From positions 62,001-126,000 of the forward strand of contig NMRA01000335.1 in NCBI GenBank assembly GCA_002633005.1: a stretch of 64,000 nucleotides of DNA, read 5' to 3'. The position numbers were made by a program, and so were the translations under genes. This document shows positions 63,675 to 64,000 of the stretch, one piece after another. The number at the start of each line of letters is the position of its first letter. Positions within the stretch are counted from its first letter, which is position 1. The notes below the pieces were generated by a model. That model did not search any database. It saw only the letters and a program-made list of their open reading frames with translations, and was not told where the DNA came from. Source of the stretch: Phoronis australis (taxonomy: Eukaryota; Animalia; Phoronida).

Positions 63675-64000
63675 CTGAAATGTAAAAATAACACTGCTTA
63701 TGATGTAACCAGTCGCTACCAAGATTAGAGATTTTCTTTCAACAGTGTTAACAAGTGTTGATATCAAAATAAACCTAATATATGAAATTAAAACTGCTGC
63801 CTTGTACACCTAATGGCAGCCCAATGTCTAGGCAATTACATCGCTCTAGATGCCGCAGGCATACAGGGGCGATAGTAAATCCCCACAAAAAGTTACAAAT
63901 TTCAAGGTACAGGAAACAGAATAAAATGAAACATGCATATATGCACATGGAGTTATAATTAACACATACCATAAGTCTGGAGACGATTCAGTCAAGATAA

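Overview
AT-rich, intron-containing animal genomic DNA (an invertebrate judging by its transposon content; species not determinable). Two long polycystin-1-family genes (PKD1/PKD1L/REJ-type: GAIN/GPS, TM1, PLAT, TM2-5, polycystin channel domain, short C-tail) lie tail-to-tail. Gene A (+) has 18 reconstructed exons at 381-31619 (~1497 aa visible) and gene B (-) has 22 exons at 63674-36998 (~1695 aa visible); both 5' ends lie outside the window. I reconstructed all exons by hand from GT-AG sites. Phases join without stops, and many homologous exons have identical lengths, which points to an old inverted duplication. The most notable feature: in both paralogs the GPS autoproteolysis triad (HL/T) is disrupted (His to Arg), and a 32-34 aa loop with a position-conserved furin-type site (KRRRRE / KRKRRE) is inserted exactly at the normal scissile bond. 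The introns hold Helentron-type (HINE) elements with satellite cores, two Kolobok-like THAP elements (one with a P2X7-ballast/KolX-like remnant, one a foldback), and Hero, CR1/L2, Tc1 and Penelope remnants. They also hold several MITEs and a perfect 74-bp inverted repeat carrying Penelope-type minimal hammerhead ribozymes beside a gene B splice acceptor. A candidate two-exon 105-aa orphan ORF lies between the genes. A single N at 28213 probably marks a collapsed gap.
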